A stretch of DNA of 64,000 bases from a virus. Positions within the stretch are counted from its first letter, which is position 1, and every line of letters starts with the position of its first letter. Location: positions 1 to 64,000 of IMG/VR virus record IMGVR_UViG_3300048839_001249; one strand, given 5' to 3'. The notes under the pieces are model-generated. The model made no database searches and was not told where the DNA came from. It worked only from the letters and a program-made list of their open reading frames with translations. The translations under genes were made by a program, and so were the position numbers. Below, in pieces: positions 61,801 to 64,000 of this stretch.

Positions 61801-64000
61801 AGGAAAATTCATCACCAATGATTGCTATACCTTTACAAAAAAGTGACTACATGGTATTTTTACTTGGTTCTGATAATGTTTATTATAGAATTCATGCTCT
61901 TGGTACTCATGGTATGAGTGAATACAATATTCAAAAGTATAATCCTAATTCAATACTTACTGATCGTGCTCAACCTCAGATGTTAACCAAACTTGAACCA
62001 TCAAGAAGAAGATTATCAAATAAAAATGTAAATACATTTGGTATTGAAAATGGTGATTCCAGAGCAGTACTGGAAAGGATAGCAAAAGAAGGTAATGAAT
62101 ATGAAAAGAAGCTCGCTACTGAATTATTAAAATATGATAATGATGTTAAACTAACTGTTGAAAATATTTATGCAGCAGGAGTTTATAGTCATAATAATCA
62201 TACTATCACTATCAGTACTAAAATTCTTTCACCTATAAGTAAGAAATGGTCATTAGGAAATAACAATAATCAAGATAAGATTGCTTCTGTGTTTTTGCAT
62301 GAATATATACACAGTTTGACAGCAAGAGAACTTAATAATTATTTTGATGATGAAGGTAATCTTATTGTTGATAATCCTCCACAATATATTGTAAATCTTC
62401 AAAAAATATTTTTACAAGCAAGAACAAAACTTAATGTTAACAGAAATAATGTTAATGATGTAAGAAATAAAATGAACAATAGTACTATACTTACAGAAGA
62501 TGAGAGAGGAAGAATATATCCTTTTGTAAATGTAGGAGAATTTGTTGCACAATTAATGTCAACAGACACTCAGTTCAGAGAAAAGCTTGCTGAATTACAA
62601 TATGAAGGTGAAGATAAATCATTACTTGATAAGTTTAGGGAATTCATTAATGATCTGTTAAATTCACTAGGTGTAAACACTGATGAAAACATGTTAAAAG
62701 CTGCTCAGATTGCTACATTAGATTTTATAGCCAGTGAAAATGCACCTGTACAAGAATTACCTGAACTTACAGAAGAACCTTATTATCCTATTATGGGTGA
62801 AGAAGATGAACCTTTTGTTGATATTTTAAATCCAACACCTCCAACCAGACCTGAAATGAAATATCGTCTATTAGCACAGCAGCAATCAGATGATATGAAT
62901 TATATTGAATTCTTGCATGATGCTACATCTGGATTTGTTTACAGACTTGTTACAACTCCTGATGGCAAATTACAAATGAATAAAGCAAACTTAAATGATA
63001 AGAAGTTTTCTCCTGTAGTAGGTGATGAACTTAATGCACTTACCAGTGGATCAATTAAGGAATTTATAATCAAGGAATTTGGTAGTGATGTATGGCAGAA
63101 ATTAAAACCTGTTAAGAAAGAGGTTACAAGACCTAAGAAGATCATCTCTGGTGCACAAACTGGTGGTGATAGGGGTGCATTATTAGGTGCAAAAGAAATA
63201 GGTATTGAAACTGGTGGAAAAATGCCAAAAGGTTTTAAAACTGCAGAAGGTAGCAGACCTGATGTTGCTAAAGAATTTGGATTATCAGAAACAAATTCAG
63301 CAGATTATCCACAAAGAACAATGGAAAATGTAGATGATTCTGATGGAACAATGGCAGTTCTTTGGGGAAATAGTGTGGGTACTGGTAAAACAATTGGATA
63401 TGCACAAAATCATACTTGGGGATATGGAAATAATAAATCCAAGGATGATGGATACAGACCCGTGTTAGTAATTACTACACATGATGTTAAAGAAGCTGCA
63501 CAACAATTAAAAGATTTCATTAAACGTAATGGTATTGAAACTCTTAATGTAGCTGGACATAGAGAAGGTAGTCAGCCAGGTATTCAAGAGTTTACTCGTC
63601 AAGTAATTGTTGAAGCATTTAAAGAAGAAACTACAGAACAAGAAACTCAAACTAGAGAATACACACCTGATAATATAACTTCTTTAAAACCTAATGAAAT
63701 ATTTGTATTTGGTAGTAATGAAGGAGATTCTAGAGGTGGTAAGCCTACACATGGTAGAGGTGCAGCTAAAACTGCAAGAGAAAAATTTGGTGCTATTCAA
63801 GGACAATCTAGGGGATTACAAGGACAGTCTTATGCTGTAGTAACAAAAAAATATTGGGATATTGAAAAATCTTCTACTCTTGATGAAATAAAGAAAGAAC
63901 TTACAGCTTTTGTTTACTTTGCACATGAACATCCTGAACTTAAATTTTATGTTACTAAGTTAGGTAGTAGTTTAGCTGGATATTCAATAAATGAAATAAA
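49833..64000 (+). CDS. giant virion RNA polymerase polyprotein (>4,700 aa, 3' truncated by the window)
   Basis: ATG 49833 (ATGA overlap). The same frame holds FRIPT (~58920), GLDFDIDK (59034-59057), HEYIH (62298) and the C-terminal domains. Its absence from the ORF track fits no stop before the window end. Confidence 0.88.
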   Translation, partial: MRPNLHDLIKNAHVAKEEKKEEPKQPSFIASSKTLDAASDTVSDELTEYRQLKDDFYKAIKEQQAINTEEKITSDISAGKYLVKGWYKTMVNGGLLLPQMVLGSPDAFKDFALGALSTTPEDIVNYAFEAYRFLHGVDEKDVQEFEARKNTFASLAKATSDKLNPVNMIASSLDSQGSESLFSLKDSDLDKAIENIPEFLKNDFSISPIGTVANLLLPEGQRWDKNTVQHLADIQANFNARQYEETPIDSVFDKSVWGNENLGIIEKLSQGIAYSSLDPTKRESLIYLLNTAPEGVASLAASISQMALTGNALKLAGVPANLIKKIQAVSGSVGEATVIAKDVENKIKEQKLEELVGEDWKKASEQAFEQAFQEAKANGENDRFAEEAGNQAKRELINQFLASEDNADIRRKVEDAAFRGRNITVGINLLTTGTNYIQVSTTLKNLERLGTKVGINAAQETIEGGTRNILAKPFVIGTSNLYNAKATLKNLGIGLENFGTEAIEEGLINPMAERFGIELGMDREYRMGDFWKEVKAGEYLDDAFWGGIFGHGAYHGGAAANSIKGAFSYKSRKKAYEAQQEILKQWDKISKAAGTDLLSELVNLNDNIHTIAKLDRAAKKAEQEGNIELAKSIEERKITVQAGKAFKSGTTEKLLEAYQTIADNTENTQIRDHALNAIQKVKKLEKLYTNAAKKEYLNVEEVFMNTAQNDQLNNNLNEMNLMLRQAKASAEQVLTSIQKDYNAIFAITENGIVFDGEQKQEFKDAVLNDAAISQFQKIFIAKEILSAAITKNLQSFAKITSKGYQQEIQRINEVASSIRRNKNLFTLEDKKDFMREVELVMAQKNLKEVNKEQIRKVFAKEYDVFNVQKQLVESLAARSKNKDATPPKKGIASVFSKFRNRIEAKRKKKSHLSVAKKEKVDMLPAELDEEMDDATKQVIKEQMAELISNEGDNPTFEQLINTAIQSLEGETAEDTKKTIEEDFNVYVLGWRLNNKELTDEEAVRVYNKFFTKRTRLSTSITKKAKKTQQEKTEPPIELEKVIGQEIANEVVTEQEIKKPVNPVAVQRLGIPTVAWITVDDIIEGKDSNDIISHRLADPTRNNPGDPVTVVAYNEQEEKGNYKGKITFPNGKKGNIFTFWENKLSPRTSHSVTGTEDSSSTTTVKERGNKITFEEKHKVSNNKKVIKLYKTYDNKKDKITEHFLVKDDQDVATLNADNIQEVRLYSINLSDTGEAVLKLKIIHNDDTTETKDIVTYNDKNNYQPLLIKDSEGNNLAWVASPKYTAMDRATMLRTAEFRRKVINAGGTFQTTIAKKIPQSQGGVVHSHTINNTPLSEVCPTAIPTVYKDGAFRIGEESFENEERVITNLDRINPSSGYTYDMRLIGYNEKGQQEYIACANKMMPELAPEAFSTVMWVLKTYLSKHDKNQSLSSEITKEQSQKIIDFFKKNFKIDVTSQNGLEQILSMFINLGSAATREKTQLSDGNISPKRFEEYLNSQPKGKPVLLMSNTNLFFGVAGQKINGENYVILSTGTAEKGLDRVSVNRIKAAMQALVATGSKLPLSNNIKMAGNEMPMPIIDNNGNPSTKGKYSDWLKTRLLTTTRATKLKWKDKDGNDIYTSRHTAVIELNEEQAIPVKPTERIEPKPDDESLIEEKTQDEITLIKKLQVAFTELGITDLNSLLDTVDYLPESQEDAFLRTVNPIPGVNLQQLHEMVNNLFNRVVSEHNNERFTDEQIRSYTKGKELFEKHILPTREKYIKLIQEVTQLYETDPVKYSNFSFILMSIQNRLNIYDVIEEHFSEVETRVAERLRKYSGIKIEGEDQTGDEQDKVYSKSSEENLLKDSITSELRRFFAGITDVNEKGTVYGFLGLENHVNFNKAFDTVASILGTAPTSSMNFTDAINILSEYTDAYPWMEGFINKIKDADEQMKNMFIYNCVNQNLNMKFLMYYWEKGQLQTRVYDTNSSEISNIIRDGWVSGFMKSDLVKYEKSIDENVINKAKAQELVDKFNTWKDKHPSNDELILWLSEVGITLSDQTINQIREYGLDLNGRVLSFNDMFGDSEKSAGLFGGIAYKLKLQAKQERTIIDEKGNEIPFSNIKNTIKEIAKIEAKFSNRTVTISFRDGDKSISGLIPMRFASDKIQALKWNIEERNKMLNDPFSRHSMLLNLINRSNDVRDAVYVNQLGVTAMKTRGQSSDSISITDLSAEDQEFVQLGFFWDRRQGKVPVSYWTSGRKNTSIPLRMANMFFPVMSDKSQMLSMYMPVLDLNSAHFKTTENGKIIIHDDVLAILFEQLVRPELGRIIENAKKLKSGSESNCAGYDLGAQIFQMIPELNNVTVTVEGREVSLVKLLNENPEAYPESWVLNDPQAKERINNVLLDLIDKEVNSKLEDWKRIGITKENKLDGSQEVAKISGEYLSETGFTDLKHIAADFVINNLISMSNIFQLVAGDLAFYSQDKLYNDFGYNKDLTRGIVGFENINSYADLQEALKSERESLTDEQYNYIKSNAKPLAYEPTSKNAYVKLSESLGTNLGKRLALLLTPGKRIATSKNNAYIQVFLNDVAVPASNFSFLIKTFYGKDALTDEVKELISNNDTKAIVSLFPKLKAFEKIDSTDAQEYTTLLEHIDVLYGKGRLSTELYNRVKEKALSQMKDGLNDNNRIDDEDFRLILQPMKPVATGSIMDEKNKNQRMIYIKSSSFPLCAQITENTNLDNLRKVMEETQLREGKSVRACYKTGVKVGATVSGVDIYKPDLSVDDLIGSSIIIPRDNFKVQQDVPVHFLYENEDKILMGTQLMKLLFGDGVTELDIEFNGNPVKGRELLNVYNNTFKQIIDTIKNDLFKELGLNKNGIPVNQEEFMRAISKILKREAKERGYSQQSIDSLSIKAQVDDFGMITDFTFVSPLWSSSDSMRFESLLNSIITKRLIKLKLPGYSYVAGSQTGFEKKSEEDITNKSDIIYTKFYDGKGLKPKDENGNAQVFLPSRFRDTTGKLIDLFAQNEDGYIYIEKDENGNWKLKDGKIADELLSIPTFRIPTSSLVSSSFVTIAGFLPVTSGDLMIVPKELITQKGLDFDIDKEYGYHLWHYTDEQGNIAPIEQLTTLENLDDFISSGQEWLGQVKRAVSKDQYMLKKIQEMEEENSVLDELDEEEMYDVEDIMEEFDNFLHKKSNYSMQDIEKGIKDLKYAKSLKRKLLENQIIRIHNAVISSKNPEIERKVNSVLSMEFAKQQASMLEQEDKGFTTILSDRYQRKKMNLGSAGKMGIGVYSNAVTLNSLIQQSDSPISLIVNTDEGKLPLRLKIGNHEFNGNLGRYISIIQSGQLNEIFKLITDEKLRQRIRDGKISLTELSKVIDNAGGNSTILLNGIRTITEVFAERQNTATDNEKEQIMGRCHVNDMTINVDCLLSLMGFDKGNDIIDIDGNQLPASISYLILSQPVIKEYVQEMKKAKSRTGAYASEEEIINKIFEKYQVSDKQVTVTSLDTQTLYDNIFKQTASDVQVAVFNLFLNLNATSKKMGNIQKILGITGGGPNAGLGKSIFDTNSKFKRIIQLVSNQNDNEIHIANVKKLIGDFIHIKDLETFGDEKSDNPIAIARAEGYIDFGEYMIKPTTAIGHMIVNSVQIGYDTWNQFFPFEHPVINKIMDEIMRLQKSDTTKWGDAKIIELKRKIIKEIQKMLFSNPDYGVISGNSTTERRRLFKDTEDKPSLASYLQKLVDDKNPEIIANELIKKMKFDIKPNKIADVSRIIFDNTVENDFDEEYLHNSFYDLLYNERPLPDNISFDPGIKHAENPMTFGKNSSELIVAGKKKLDIRESHNEEFVQGEPLIQIINGQRYKITYLGNINQNDLNIHSGKSVSINNELGKSQLNPIEAKFAQGESKHVYKIEAVYTTTQLAKDLIAYSYLSGGIQGAIEFIKYIPLSYLETSGLLSAMREFDINDDNTFANELGTTIDGILSKMTVQYYQHNPEELPTMSLKDAGLSAVPVDEIFSFASKKENSSPMIAIPLQKSDYMVFLLGSDNVYYRIHALGTHGMSEYNIQKYNPNSILTDRAQPQMLTKLEPSRRRLSNKNVNTFGIENGDSRAVLERIAKEGNEYEKKLATELLKYDNDVKLTVENIYAAGVYSHNNHTITISTKILSPISKKWSLGNNNNQDKIASVFLHEYIHSLTARELNNYFDDEGNLIVDNPPQYIVNLQKIFLQARTKLNVNRNNVNDVRNKMNNSTILTEDERGRIYPFVNVGEFVAQLMSTDTQFREKLAELQYEGEDKSLLDKFREFINDLLNSLGVNTDENMLKAAQIATLDFIASENAPVQELPELTEEPYYPIMGEEDEPFVDILNPTPPTRPEMKYRLLAQQQSDDMNYIEFLHDATSGFVYRLVTTPDGKLQMNKANLNDKKFSPVVGDELNALTSGSIKEFIIKEFGSDVWQKLKPVKKEVTRPKKIISGAQTGGDRGALLGAKEIGIETGGKMPKGFKTAEGSRPDVAKEFGLSETNSADYPQRTMENVDDSDGTMAVLWGNSVGTGKTIGYAQNHTWGYGNNKSKDDGYRPVLVITTHDVKEAAQQLKDFIKRNGIETLNVAGHREGSQPGIQEFTRQVIVEAFKEETTEQETQTREYTPDNITSLKPNEIFVFGSNEGDSRGGKPTHGRGAAKTAREKFGAIQGQSRGLQGQSYAVVTKKYWDIEKSSTLDEIKKELTAFVYFAHEHPELKFYVTKLGSSLAGYSINEI

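Noticed and set aside
50357-63145. Short minus-strand ORFs in the track
   Set aside because: They are antisense shadows of the giant + strand vRNAP frame
1-64000. Stop-codon reassignment, as in some crAss-like phages
   Set aside because: Long genes are intact in the standard code, TAG (35398, 37519) and TGA end genes at tight junctions, and no suppressor tRNA was seen

Overview
About 64 kb of an AT-rich crAss-like (Crassvirales-type) Bacteroidetes phage genome using the standard genetic code. Positions 1-10.5 kb are a leftward arm of small early/accessory genes. It includes a DUF2828 (Ro60/TROVE-like plus vWA) gene next to a ~2 kb ncRNA cluster: three ACAGCAA hairpins, tRNA-Pro, a tRNA-like RNA with a ~103-nt insert, and larger structured RNAs. 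It also carries a repeated putative phage promoter motif. From 10.85 kb the + strand holds the virion module: TerL, portal, scaffold-like protein, major capsid, ring proteins, a fibre/accessory block, lysis-like membrane genes, nuclease, tail ring and muzzle proteins, cargo proteins, and a >4,700-aa virion RNA polymerase polyprotein that runs off the window. Two candidate novel systems stand out. (1) Tail-fibre-like genes carry Bacteroidetes Sec signal peptides and are strongly enriched in the host O-glycosylation sequon D-[ST]-[AILMTV], beside a sugar acetyltransferase gene. This suggests periplasmic glycosylation of phage fibres. (2) A Ro-like protein sits beside an array of candidate Y-like/tRNA-mimic RNAs. 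All family calls come from motif recognition by eye and all counts are by hand; no searches were run.
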